DNA of 64,000 nt from Escherichia phage naam. Positions 48,463 through 56,700 of the stretch are shown here, piece after piece. The number at the start of each line of letters is the position of its first letter. Positions within the stretch are counted from its first letter, which is position 1. The notes under the pieces are model-generated. The model was not told where the DNA came from. It did no database searches and saw nothing but the letters and a program-made list of their open reading frames with translations. Position numbers and translations under genes: made by a program. Location of the stretch: the sequence record MN850630.1. One strand, 5' to 3'.

Positions 48463-48653
48463 AAGTAAAGTATCTGGCTGAGGGTATGAGTAGGTATTTC
48501 ACCCTTGGTGAAGAATATTGGCCCTTTACAAGCAACGGCGATGTCTACGTGAAAGATAATTTCGGCACGCCGTGGTTTCTGCACCCTAATGGGCTGGGAT
48601 ACTCCATTTACTGCGGTGCAGTGAACAACACAACACTTGCAGAGTTTGTATAG
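48459..48653 (+). CDS. Small hypothetical protein, tandem paralog
   Basis: Motif GEEYWPF...VKDNFGTPWFL. Confidence 0.5.
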   Translation: MKVKYLAEGMSRYFTLGEEYWPFTSNGDVYVKDNFGTPWFLHPNGLGYSIYCGAVNNTTLAEFV

Positions 48654-48663
48654 AGGAGGTAGA

Positions 48664-49035
48664 ATGTTAGTAAAAGGTACCCACACAGTCAAACAACGTA
48701 TTGAAGTTGAGATTGATGACTGCGAGCTGAAGCATATTTTACGGTCATGCTCCAACGTTTTGCTCCTTAGCATTCTTCAGGAGCGAGCAGAGAACGAGTT
48801 CTTAAATGCACTGGCAGGCCGTCCTGGTGACTTCTGTGTGCGTAAGCGTGGTGACAACAAGTCATGGCTGTGGGAGATAGACGCAGAATGGGATTACCAC
48901 AAAAATGAGGGTATAGATGAGCCTATTCGTGAATTGACAGACAAAGAGGTTCAGATGTACAATGAAGTTTGTCATTGGGCAACACGCCAACAAATTTACC
49001 TCGACCCCGTGTGGCTGATTGAAAATAGTCATTGA
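48664..49035 (+). CDS. Hypothetical protein
   Basis: ATG at 48664 with RBS agaggagg (track start 48637). Confidence 0.5.
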   Translation: MLVKGTHTVKQRIEVEIDDCELKHILRSCSNVLLLSILQERAENEFLNALAGRPGDFCVRKRGDNKSWLWEIDAEWDYHKNEGIDEPIRELTDKEVQMYNEVCHWATRQQIYLDPVWLIENSH

Positions 49036-49060
49036 CAAGAAGTAAGATTAGATATAAGAT
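49032..49060 (+). promoter_or_regulatory. Sigma70-like promoter (TTGACA-17-TAAGAT)
   Basis: -35 at 49032-49037 overlaps the upstream stop codon; drives the 49112 gene. Confidence 0.55.
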
Positions 49061-49111
49061 GCTTCACACAAACAGAGCGTTGATTTTTAAATAACTAAGG
49101 AGACTGCTAAG

Positions 49112-49366
49112 ATGAAAATTACTTTGAAGTCAGAATGCGTTGCAAATGACCGAGCTTTTAAAGATTGCACAGTCGGTGCAATTTATGAAGCAGAGTTTTG
49201 TGAGAACCCTCTGGTAAAAGCCCTCCTGGAAGAAGGGGCCCCTTTATCACAAGAAGAGATCGATGAGCTGGAAAACTCAGCACAGTGCCTTACCTTTAAA
49301 GATGATGAAGGAGACTCTGTCTGGTGCACTGTTAATGAAGTAGTTTTTGTAAAACCTGAACATTAA
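49112..49366 (+). CDS. Small hypothetical protein, paralog of 49430-49690
   Basis: Shared motifs AFKDCTVGAIY and DEGDSVWCTVNEV; RBS aaggag. Confidence 0.5.
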   Translation: MKITLKSECVANDRAFKDCTVGAIYEAEFCENPLVKALLEEGAPLSQEEIDELENSAQCLTFKDDEGDSVWCTVNEVVFVKPEH

Positions 49367-49369
49367 TAC

Positions 49370-49398
49370 TTGACAACAGTGATGGGGCCTAATATAAT
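49370..49398 (+). promoter_or_regulatory. Consensus sigma70 promoter (TTGACA-17-TATAAT) with gggcc/ggccc inverted repeat around the -10
   Basis: -35 at 49370-49375, -10 at 49393-49398. Confidence 0.7.
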
Positions 49399-49429
49399 GG
49401 CCCTATCAAAACGAAAGGGGACCACAGCA

Positions 49430-49690
49430 ATGACCAAACAATATCAACGAATTAAAGCCAAGGTTAAGCCAGACTATCTGGAGAAAGACTCTGCTTTTCG
49501 GGACTGCACAGCCGACAAAGTTTACACAGGGGCTGTCCTGTTGAACGATAAGCTTGAAGTAGATGTGCTGGGTAAAGAGGCCGTTATCGAGGATGACAAC
49601 GGTGACTGTGTTTTCTGCACCACACGGGAGCTAGAAGTCTTAGAATACTTCGGTGAAATCTTCAACTCCTTAGACGACGAGGAAGCGTGA
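49430..49690 (+). CDS. Small hypothetical protein, paralog of 49112-49366
   Basis: Track start TTG 49370 is the promoter -35; ATG at 49430 is the first start downstream of the -10; motifs AFRDCTADKVY and DNGDCVFCTTREL. Confidence 0.5.
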   Translation: MTKQYQRIKAKVKPDYLEKDSAFRDCTADKVYTGAVLLNDKLEVDVLGKEAVIEDDNGDCVFCTTRELEVLEYFGEIFNSLDDEEA

Positions 49691-50079
49691 TGAAAAATAT
49701 TTGGGATATTGATATCTTTGAAGCCTCTAAGCTTGACGGTGCTGATGGAGTTATTATGGTGTCTGATGGCAAGGCAACACTAACTTCCGGAGATATCATC
49801 TATGCCTTGGACGAGCTGGCGCTTCTGAAATCTACCGGTAACACTTTAGAGGAGCGTCTTCAAGGCTTCGCCTTCAAAGAAGGCACAAATACCGCCATGA
49901 TGTGCACCACACGGACAGTTCAGGTTGGTAACGGTGTCTATATGATCATTGCTGTGTGTCCTAAATTCAGCAACGTCAACAAAGATGATGCTGACGCTGT
50001 CAACGATGTGGTTGTTCTCTTCGTGGGTGACGCTATGGCAGACCTGATGAATGCAGGAGAAGCGGCAAATGAAGACTGA
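49687..50079 (+). CDS. Hypothetical protein
   Basis: 130 aa ORF, ATGA coupling. Confidence 0.5.
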   Translation: MMKNIWDIDIFEASKLDGADGVIMVSDGKATLTSGDIIYALDELALLKSTGNTLEERLQGFAFKEGTNTAMMCTTRTVQVGNGVYMIIAVCPKFSNVNKDDADAVNDVVVLFVGDAMADLMNAGEAANED

Positions 50080-50371
50080 AAACATTACCCCAGCAGGGTT
50101 CTTAAAAGTATACCGTGAACTGCTATATACTACAGAGGACAGTGTTCTAGAGTATCCAGAATATCTTTTGCTGTATAAGTATCTACAGGAAGCTGGTGAA
50201 AATCTGCCAGTTAGTGCAGAAGGCGGTCCGAACTGGGTATACAGCGCATGGAGAAAGGTTGACATTCTCCCAGATCCAGGTAAAGATATGGTAGTTTGGC
50301 AGCTTATCAACAACATCGGGATTCCAATCTTTGATGAAGCTGTTAAAATCTATTTTGAACTTGACGATTAA
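50069..50371 (+). CDS. Hypothetical protein
   Basis: ATG at 50069 with RBS aggaga (track start 50051). Confidence 0.5.
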   Translation: MKTENITPAGFLKVYRELLYTTEDSVLEYPEYLLLYKYLQEAGENLPVSAEGGPNWVYSAWRKVDILPDPGKDMVVWQLINNIGIPIFDEAVKIYFELDD

Positions 50372-50388
50372 TATCAGGAGACCTTAAG

Positions 50389-50634
50389 ATGACTGAAGTA
50401 GTTGCTCGCGCAGGACAGAAAGTACGTTGTGTTGAAGTAGGTTTTGGTGGCAAAGGGTGTCAAAACTTGACTCAAGGTAAGGAATACGCTGTTATTTCTG
50501 GTGGTGGCGACGAAAGTATTGTGTTCGAGGGCCACATCCTGGATGCTGAAAACTTTGAAATCTTTGACGACGATGGGGATCCGATCACCTGCCTGCTGGA
50601 CGGGAATTGGGGAACTTTTGAAGTGATTGGCTAA
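50389..50634 (+). CDS. Hypothetical small acidic protein
   Basis: 81 aa ORF with RBS aggaga. Confidence 0.5.
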   Translation: MTEVVARAGQKVRCVEVGFGGKGCQNLTQGKEYAVISGGGDESIVFEGHILDAENFEIFDDDGDPITCLLDGNWGTFEVIG

Positions 50635-50644
50635 CAAATATCTA

Positions 50645-50673
50645 TTGTAATTTACAGAAGGGGATGCTAAAAT
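50645..50673 (+). promoter_or_regulatory. Sigma70-like promoter (TTGTAA-17-TAAAAT)
   Basis: Upstream of the 50718 gene; followed by a near-palindrome agaagggga...tctccttct. Confidence 0.5.
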
Positions 50674-50717
50674 AGTGTCTCCTTCTATGTTGTTCAAATA
50701 AAATCGGAGATTCCATA

Positions 50718-51083
50718 ATGGAACAAATGAACGATCAAGCGTCGGTTGCGATGAACGAGCAAGAACAACCTCAAGAATTTTTCTTAGGGTTAAGTAAAGA
50801 TCAAGTGTCTCTTCTGCTAGTGCTTTCTTCTTTCATGGGAAGACTTCAGGAGCTTACACAACAGCCAGAGGCTGAACAATTATTCCAGGCTCTGCGTGAA
50901 GAAGAAAAATATCGTCGTTTGGACTATGCCTTAGGTTGGGTAGCTCAACAACGGGATATGCTGATGGCCCTCTCTGGGACCACAAGTTTTGCAATGGGCC
51001 TGCTGGCTCAAGTTCAGGACAAATTAATTCAAGCAGGGTTTGCACACACGGCAAACACTAACGAAGAACAAGGAGACAAATAA
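50718..51083 (+). CDS. Hypothetical protein
   Basis: 121 aa ORF with RBS ggag; coupled to the SSB-like gene. Confidence 0.5.
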   Translation: MEQMNDQASVAMNEQEQPQEFFLGLSKDQVSLLLVLSSFMGRLQELTQQPEAEQLFQALREEEKYRRLDYALGWVAQQRDMLMALSGTTSFAMGLLAQVQDKLIQAGFAHTANTNEEQGDK

Positions 51084-52309
51084 TGAGCGTTATCCAACAA
51101 TTCGCTAACCCGATGAATCCGCGTGAAACTGTTTTACTGGCTCACGGCATGATTAAACGTGTCAGCATCAAGCCTATCAAAGGTGCTGATCCTACAACAG
51201 GTATTAAAACCACTGTGTGGCAAGGTAAGAAAATTGAATCCAGCCACACCATCTCTTTACTGATTTCTGAACTGGATTCCTCTGATAACCTGCTTCAAGG
51301 TGGTGAAGAAGTCTGGATCAGCATGGGTGATAAACTGCTTAAACCGGGTCATCAAGACTCTGTCTCTGTTAAGATTGATGACAAGTGGGAAACCGTAACG
51401 CCAGGATGGATCGTAAATATCCCTTTGAAGGCAAACGAGCATAACGGTAAGACCTATTACAAAGGCTCACTGGCTAAGATGGTTAAGCTGGGTGCAGGAG
51501 AGGCTCCAGCAGCGGCTCAGCAGCAAAAACAGCAACAAGGTGCACAATCACAAGGCCAGAAGCAGAAACCTCAGCAGAATGCCAATCAGGACGTTTTACG
51601 CATCTATGGTGATGTGACTCAGATTGTTGGCAACGTGGTTACTGTTAATGACCACAAGATTGGCGAAGGTGCTATGGTTGTCACTGATGAGCAGCTTAAA
51701 GACCTGGTGGTAGGTGGTCGTGTTGCAGCCATTGTTGACAAAGACACCGGAAACATTATCAGTGGTTTCAAGGCCTATCCTCCTAAGGCAGAGAACGGCA
51801 CTCAAGGCTCTGGTGGCAAGCGTAAATCCTCTTACGACCCTATCGGTGTGGAGACGGGACATAGCATCAATGCGTTGCAGATCATCCTGGATCGCGGGTT
51901 TAAGGTGGACGACCCACTAGGCGTGGCTAAAACACTGCACGTAGTCACCATTGAGCTTAAGAAAGAGTATGCTCAAGCCACCAACCGAACTGAAGATGAA
52001 GTAGGTGCCAGTGTCGGCAATGCGGTGTTGAACGCTTGTCGCCGTATTGACAAGAAAACGAAAGTTGATGATTTTGCAGCGGCAATTACTGCAGAAGCAA
52101 AAGATGTCTTGACTAATCTGGCTGAGCCGTTGTACGATTGGATCAAGAACGGTGCTGGGTCCACTGACCATCAAGAACCTCAAGCTGCCAAACAGGAAGC
52201 AGCTCCACAGCAAAACACTGTAGACGCTCCTCCTGTAAATGACGAGGAAGATGACCCGATGGATCAGAATCCAGCACAGTACGCCTTTGATGATGACATC
52301 CCATTCTAA
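51083..52309 (+). CDS. ssDNA-binding protein-like, with Q-rich linker and E. coli SSB-type acidic tip
   Basis: Ends PMDQNPAQYAFDDDIPF; E. coli SSB ends MDFDDDIPF; internal QQQKQQQGAQSQGQKQKPQQ low-complexity linker. Confidence 0.55.
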   Translation: MSVIQQFANPMNPRETVLLAHGMIKRVSIKPIKGADPTTGIKTTVWQGKKIESSHTISLLISELDSSDNLLQGGEEVWISMGDKLLKPGHQDSVSVKIDDKWETVTPGWIVNIPLKANEHNGKTYYKGSLAKMVKLGAGEAPAAAQQQKQQQGAQSQGQKQKPQQNANQDVLRIYGDVTQIVGNVVTVNDHKIGEGAMVVTDEQLKDLVVGGRVAAIVDKDTGNIISGFKAYPPKAENGTQGSGGKRKSSYDPIGVETGHSINALQIILDRGFKVDDPLGVAKTLHVVTIELKKEYAQATNRTEDEVGASVGNAVLNACRRIDKKTKVDDFAAAITAEAKDVLTNLAEPLYDWIKNGAGSTDHQEPQAAKQEAAPQQNTVDAPPVNDEEDDPMDQNPAQYAFDDDIPF

Positions 52310-52324
52310 CATCTAGTTAACATA

Positions 52325-52353
52325 GCCCTGCCCGAAAGGGTGGGGCATTTTTG
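52325..52353 (+). terminator. Rho-independent terminator, GAAA-tetraloop hairpin (same 22-nt hairpin as at 42191)
   Basis: gccctgcccgaaagggtggggc followed by atttttg. Confidence 0.8.
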
Positions 52354-52371
52354 TATAAGGAGATCTGAAAA

Positions 52372-52788
52372 ATGACATTAGAAGATATCATTGTTAAACC
52401 TGAGAACTATGACCAATACAACCTGTCAACTCAATCTGTAGACCTTGGATGCGCCACGGTCAGTGCGTGGATGGTTAACGGAAAAGAGCTGGATAAATGC
52501 TTAGAAGCTCACATGTCTATTAACAAGTTTCTGGATGAAAATACTCACTGGCTTGAGGGTGCAGGTGTGTATGCTTCATGGTTGGAGAGTATGGGATTCG
52601 ACTACCAATCTGAAGAGGGGTGGTGGAGCTATTTAGCTATCTGCCCAGAGACGCTGCAATGCTTCATGAAATATTCTGAAGATTTGGAGTACCGGGCGGT
52701 GGTTGATAGTGCTATTGCCCGTTATAGCCGTAAACCTTTTTCCCACGACATTAAAACTGTGGAAGAATTTGTTGAAGTTTTCTGTTGA
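52372..52788 (+). CDS. Hypothetical protein
   Basis: 138 aa ORF with RBS aaggaga. Confidence 0.5.
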   Translation: MTLEDIIVKPENYDQYNLSTQSVDLGCATVSAWMVNGKELDKCLEAHMSINKFLDENTHWLEGAGVYASWLESMGFDYQSEEGWWSYLAICPETLQCFMKYSEDLEYRAVVDSAIARYSRKPFSHDIKTVEEFVEVFC

Positions 52789-52813
52789 CACAAGTTGAAA
52801 GGTGTGCAATTAT
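52785..52813 (+). promoter_or_regulatory. Candidate sigma70-like promoter (TTGACA-17-AATTAT)
   Basis: -35 overlaps the stop codon of the 52372 gene; -10 is weaker. Confidence 0.4.
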
Positions 52814-52884
52814 AACTTCATAGAACGGGAGGACGTGATGAACGAAGAAAACTGGGATGTATAACTAACAGGAGGCCACTGCCC

Positions 52885-53082
52885 ATGATTTATCGAATCC
52901 GTGTAAGAGAAGATGCACCAGGCTGTTACTTTGACTGGCGTGGGTGGTGGTTTCTCCACCCGATGGATGGACTCACAGATAGAATGCTGGATGCTGCCCT
53001 TTATACAGATACCGATATAGAATATAATCTCTATCTGAAGGATGGTATAGATAACGGTCTATTTGAAGCAATTCCTGTGTAA
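52885..53082 (+). CDS. Hypothetical small protein
   Basis: 65 aa ORF with RBS aggagg. Confidence 0.45.
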   Translation: MIYRIRVREDAPGCYFDWRGWWFLHPMDGLTDRMLDAALYTDTDIEYNLYLKDGIDNGLFEAIPV

Positions 53083-53150
53083 GAAACTGTGATAGCCATG
53101 TTTTATGATCTTCCTGTAGCACCACCACCTGTTGAACCCGGAGAACTAAG

Positions 53151-53576
53151 ATGATCTATGAAATGCCAAAACTGATTCGTGACGATGCCCAAAACGCTCA
53201 CACCATTATTATGGGCAAACGAATGGATATTATTTGTCATAAAGATTTCTGGGAAGGAAGTTACTTCACAGAGTATTTTGGTAAACTGGACAATGGTCTG
53301 CTGATCCAGTTCTACACCGATGCGGAAAACAACATTCACTGGGAGTTCGAAACTGAAGATATCCATAAACTTTTCACCTTCCTCGATATTAAGGTTGAGG
53401 CCAAGTTTGAAGAAGGTGAGTGCGACGATTGTGGATTCTATGAGGTAACAGATTTCTATCTCCCGAGTGGTGAGAACCTTTACTATGAAAGCCACTTCGG
53501 TAACTCCAATATGCCACAGTGCTGGACTGAGTTTTTTGAAATTGCGGAAGAGGAGCTGGCATACCGTGATTATTGA
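53151..53576 (+). CDS. Hypothetical protein
   Basis: 141 aa ORF. Confidence 0.5.
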   Translation: MIYEMPKLIRDDAQNAHTIIMGKRMDIICHKDFWEGSYFTEYFGKLDNGLLIQFYTDAENNIHWEFETEDIHKLFTFLDIKVEAKFEEGECDDCGFYEVTDFYLPSGENLYYESHFGNSNMPQCWTEFFEIAEEELAYRDY

Positions 53577-54024
53577 TACTGTAGAGGGAGATCTAATCTC
53601 CATTTTCAAGAAAGGGTCAGGCCACATGATCCACGGTTGTAACTGCTTTCACACAATGGGTGCAGGTATAGCGAAAGATATTGCCCGTGAGTTCCCTCAA
53701 GCACTGGCAGCCGACAAAGAGACTGCTTATGGTAATCTAGACAAGTTGGGTATGTTTTCTTGTTGGGAGCATTTTGCCAAGAACAGGGTCGTATATGGAA
53801 TCAACCTGTATACCCAGTTCTACCCAGGGCCCAATGCTGAATACTTCTCAATCATGAAAGGTTTTGAGCGAGTCAACGAGGTATTCAAAGGTGTGTCATT
53901 GCCGTTCTACATTCCTAAAATCGGATGCGGTATTGGCGGTCTAAAGTGGGAACATGTAGAAGATGTAATTAATCTTGCAACCACAGATATTGATGTGGTT
54001 GTGGTAGAGTACAAAAAGTGTTGA
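53566..54024 (+). CDS. Macro-domain protein (ADP-ribose binding / de-ADP-ribosylating), candidate anti-defence factor
   Basis: Track start 53467 overlaps the upstream gene by 110 nt; GTG at 53566 is just before the fold begins. EGDLISIF...HMIHGCNCFHTMGAGIAKDI resembles the GDIT...NAAN...GGGV macro motif. Confidence 0.5.
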   Translation: MIIDTVEGDLISIFKKGSGHMIHGCNCFHTMGAGIAKDIAREFPQALAADKETAYGNLDKLGMFSCWEHFAKNRVVYGINLYTQFYPGPNAEYFSIMKGFERVNEVFKGVSLPFYIPKIGCGIGGLKWEHVEDVINLATTDIDVVVVEYKKC

Positions 54025-54049
54025 CGACCATCTTCTGAGGTGATATAGT
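54021..54049 (+). promoter_or_regulatory. Sigma70-like promoter (TTGACG-17-TATAGT)
   Basis: -35 overlaps the macro-domain gene stop codon. Confidence 0.55.
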
Positions 54050-54078
54050 TCCCACAACAGCTAAGAGAGGAGAGCACT

Positions 54079-54249
54079 GTGGAGACTAAAATCTTAATTC
54101 TTGCTGTGGTAGATACAACCGAAGGAGCTATATTCGAATCTGCAGGAGGGTATTTCTACCTACCATACGGAAAAAGAACTTCCGAGCCAAGTAAAGATTC
54201 AATCCTCAAAGTGTTCCCGTGTGCTTTCTGGCTGGAGATTTTGGTATAA
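54079..54249 (+). CDS. Hypothetical small protein (56 aa)
   Basis: Not in the ORF track; GTG start after RBS agagaggagag, just downstream of the 54021 promoter. Confidence 0.3.
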   Translation: METKILILAVVDTTEGAIFESAGGYFYLPYGKRTSEPSKDSILKVFPCAFWLEILV

Positions 54250-54275
54250 GATTGCAGAGGATTTGGGAGAGAATT

Positions 54276-54470
54276 ATGAGAAACAAGAAAGAGCTTTACT
54301 CTGGTGAGTGGATCAACGATCAACAGGTGGGAGAGGTAACCTGCTTCAGATGTTTTACCAGGTACAATCTTAAAACTGCACCAAAAAGTGTTCCAAAGAC
54401 TGATGGTTATTACATAAAAGAACCTCATTGCCCAAAATGTAAATGCCGATTGTGCTGGAGCAATCTGTAA
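54276..54470 (+). CDS. Small zinc-ribbon protein
   Basis: ATG at 54276 with RBS gggagag (track start 54219); CFRC...CPKCKC cysteine pairs. Confidence 0.5.
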   Translation: MRNKKELYSGEWINDQQVGEVTCFRCFTRYNLKTAPKSVPKTDGYYIKEPHCPKCKCRLCWSNL

Positions 54471-54474
54471 GAGG

Positions 54475-54502
54475 TTGACATCTGAAAACTGCAGTGTATA
54501 AT
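54475..54502 (+). promoter_or_regulatory. Consensus sigma70 promoter (TTGACA-16-TATAAT)
   Basis: -35 at 54475-54480, -10 at 54497-54502. Confidence 0.7.
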
Positions 54503-54533
54503 ATACGCATAAACTAACAGAGAGCGATGCATT

Positions 54534-54725
54534 ATGGTAATTTTTAACCGGGATGGTATCATAGTTAGACAGCACCCGTTCCTTGAATACTATCAAATTG
54601 AGCAATGGTGCTACGGGGATTGCAGTCACTCCTATGGGCAAAGTTGGGGATATCGTACAGTTTTTGAATCAACAGATCTTGACAAAGTAAGACAGAAAGT
54701 TTTAGAACTTATTAACAACAAGTGA
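54534..54725 (+). CDS. Hypothetical small protein
   Basis: 63 aa ORF. Confidence 0.45.
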   Translation: MVIFNRDGIIVRQHPFLEYYQIEQWCYGDCSHSYGQSWGYRTVFESTDLDKVRQKVLELINNK

Positions 54726-54732
54726 GTATGAT

Positions 54733-55068
54733 ATGGTAACATTAGAAAGACGTAAAGCTATCGCCGCCACACTGGCAGACATCTTTTGGGAGTGCAATTT
54801 AAAAGATACCCGATATTGTGGCGCATCTGTAGATGCATTATTCCCACGGCCCACTATTGTTGCAATGGGAAACCTGTCAAACGTGGTGTATGGAGCATGG
54901 GACAAAGAAGGTGGATTTTATATCTGGCAACCTGACTACGGGACCTGGAAAGAGGTAAGGGGTGCGGATGACTTTGGGCCTGCAGTTGCCAAAACGATGG
55001 ATGGCTGGCAAATTTATGTTGGAAATGACATGAAGCTGAAAGGCGAGATTGTTTACTGGTTACCTTAA
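54733..55068 (+). CDS. Hypothetical protein
   Basis: 111 aa ORF. Confidence 0.5.
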   Translation: MVTLERRKAIAATLADIFWECNLKDTRYCGASVDALFPRPTIVAMGNLSNVVYGAWDKEGGFYIWQPDYGTWKEVRGADDFGPAVAKTMDGWQIYVGNDMKLKGEIVYWLP

Positions 55069-55088
55069 GAAAGTGCAGGAGATAAAGT

Positions 55089-55334
55089 ATGAACAAAGGG
55101 TGGACATTTGTAGACGGCGTTGAAAACATGCCTCTAGGAAAGTATATTGTAGCCATGGCAGATGAGAATGGCAAGGTTGATTTCGGAGCTTGCGAGATTG
55201 TTCTTGCAGGATCTGGTGACCATGTGCACAAAACTGGGATAATTAACGGTCATTTCTACTTTGATTACAACCCTGTTGTGGCGTATATGGCTATGCCAGA
55301 GTTAGAGCTCCCAAAGGAGGGTGCAGATGTTTAA
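55089..55334 (+). CDS. Hypothetical protein
   Basis: 81 aa ORF with RBS aggaga. Confidence 0.5.
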   Translation: MNKGWTFVDGVENMPLGKYIVAMADENGKVDFGACEIVLAGSGDHVHKTGIINGHFYFDYNPVVAYMAMPELELPKEGADV

Positions 55335-55524
55335 GCTTAAATCTGCATGGAACATCGCTGTGGGGGACGAGATCCGCATCCCAGGTGGAAAGACCATTAT
55401 GAAGATATCACGTATCGAGTATGAAGGTGATCGTGTATTTCATATCTTTGCAGAAGATGGTCGAGAAATTTATATACAGGCAGGCTCTCATATCTATATC
55501 CATAAGAAAGGGGACGACAAATGA
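55327..55524 (+). CDS. Hypothetical small protein
   Basis: ATG at 55327 with RBS aaaggagg (track GTG start 55321). Confidence 0.45.
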   Translation: MFKLKSAWNIAVGDEIRIPGGKTIMKISRIEYEGDRVFHIFAEDGREIYIQAGSHIYIHKKGDDK

Positions 55525-55853
55525 CAGAGATCATCGTTTCAACTGCAGGGTATGTATTCCTGACAATCATTGCGTTGGCTATTCTGGTGGCGGTGTATGG
55601 ATTTGTTATCCTGCCTATTCTTGAGACATTTAGCTTGTGTCGGTGTTGGAGAAAAGCTTACGGACCACAACCGTGGAAAGACTGGTTTCATTTGGTGCGT
55701 ATAGCGTTCTCTTATGCCTATGATCACTCCAGCAGTGCATGCGTAACCGGGTACCATGCCTACAACTGGAACTGGGAAGGGCTGGGGAGATGGACTGTTA
55801 CAAAAACTATACCCTTACGGTTGTATAAAGGAAAGAACACACTGGGAGCCTGA
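55521..55853 (+). CDS. Hypothetical membrane protein
   Basis: 110 aa with N-terminal hydrophobic helix IVSTAGYVFLTIIALAILVAVYGFVILPIL; last gene before the repeat region. Confidence 0.5.
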   Translation: MTEIIVSTAGYVFLTIIALAILVAVYGFVILPILETFSLCRCWRKAYGPQPWKDWFHLVRIAFSYAYDHSSSACVTGYHAYNWNWEGLGRWTVTKTIPLRLYKGKNTLGA

Positions 55854-56159
55854 TATTTTAAGTTATCAGGTTGCCAGAGATCAGGAGGATTTCTAAAATG
55901 GATTTCCTCCTTTTGATATTTTACCTACCAGGATATTTTAAAATCCTTAGAAAATCAGAAAATGGATCGAAAACTAAAATGGATTTTTCAGAGCAGGCAC
56001 GACGAGATGAACCACTCATCCTATCGTCTGCACCATATTCCAGACCACCATTACAGATTTCCCGCACATGCTCACACCCTTCTACTAGAACTTCCCCCAC
56101 TTACCCTTGACCTTTTATAGTAATAATCCAACCACTACCTTGAAGTTGTGGCGCAGCTT

Positions 56160-56345
56160 TCCAAGTACTCGATCTGTTTTTCGTTTCAAAGATTGAATTT
56201 TCTGAAAATTTTTCTCGATAAATTTCTCAGTACTCGATCTGTTTTTCGTTTTCTGAATCGGATTTTCTGGAAATCGTTCCGGCTCTCGACCTGAAATTTT
56301 TGGGGACGAAATCGATTTTTCGTTTTCAGAAATGGATTTTTAAAA
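56160..56345. repeat. Tandem direct repeats (about 65-bp period; two near-identical copies plus one degenerate), iteron-like
   Basis: agtactcgatctgtttttcgttt at 56164 and 56229; third diverged copy around 56307-56340; AT-rich, with recurring aaaatggat words nearby. Confidence 0.7.
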
Positions 56346-56401
56346 TTTCTATATGGGAATATTTTAGTGGATACTATTTTATAGGAAATTGTTACGGAGG
56401 G

Positions 56402-56419
56402 TAATTAGCGTGCTAATTA
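56402..56419. repeat. Palindrome taattag-cgtg-ctaatta (candidate protein-binding site)
   Basis: 7-bp inverted arms around a 4-bp centre in an AT-rich stretch. Confidence 0.5.
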
Positions 56420-56457
56420 AATTTATTAAATGCGAGGAGTTCTCATTTAGAATTTTG

Positions 56458-56700
56458 AATGATAATCATTCTCGTTTGCAGAATAACGGGCAGGCCCGGT
56501 GATTGTCTCCCGGCCCCTGTTGCCCCGGCTTGTTATTATAGTATCACACAGGACAAAGAAGGCAAGGATTTTTTGCATAAATTTTTAAATGATAATGATA
56601 ACCGTTCTCATTTTATGCAGCGCCCATCCCCGGTGGTTGTCTCCCCCGTCACCGGTGCCTGCCGTCCTTTCGATAGGTATATTGTGCCACCTGGCGGGGC
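56458..56700. repeat. Two diverged copies of a roughly 100-bp element (aatgataat...ccggtg.ttgtctccc...)
   Basis: Copy A about 56458-56545, copy B about 56588-56700; the ORF-track 95-aa ORF here is probably not coding. Confidence 0.55.

Noticed and set aside
54120-54150. tRNA-like T-loop word (tattcgaatct)
   Set aside because: No GG before the TTCGA, no acceptor-stem complementarity in the flanks, and it lies inside a small candidate ORF. No other tRNA-like region was found.
55871-56110. 79-aa ORF at the start of the repeat region, with an internal ATG at 55900 preceded by aggagg
   Set aside because: The RBS is sequestered in an aggagga...tcctcct inverted repeat and the ORF is built from repeated aaaatggat words, so the coding look is probably a by-product of the repeats. 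Left as unresolved, not annotated.
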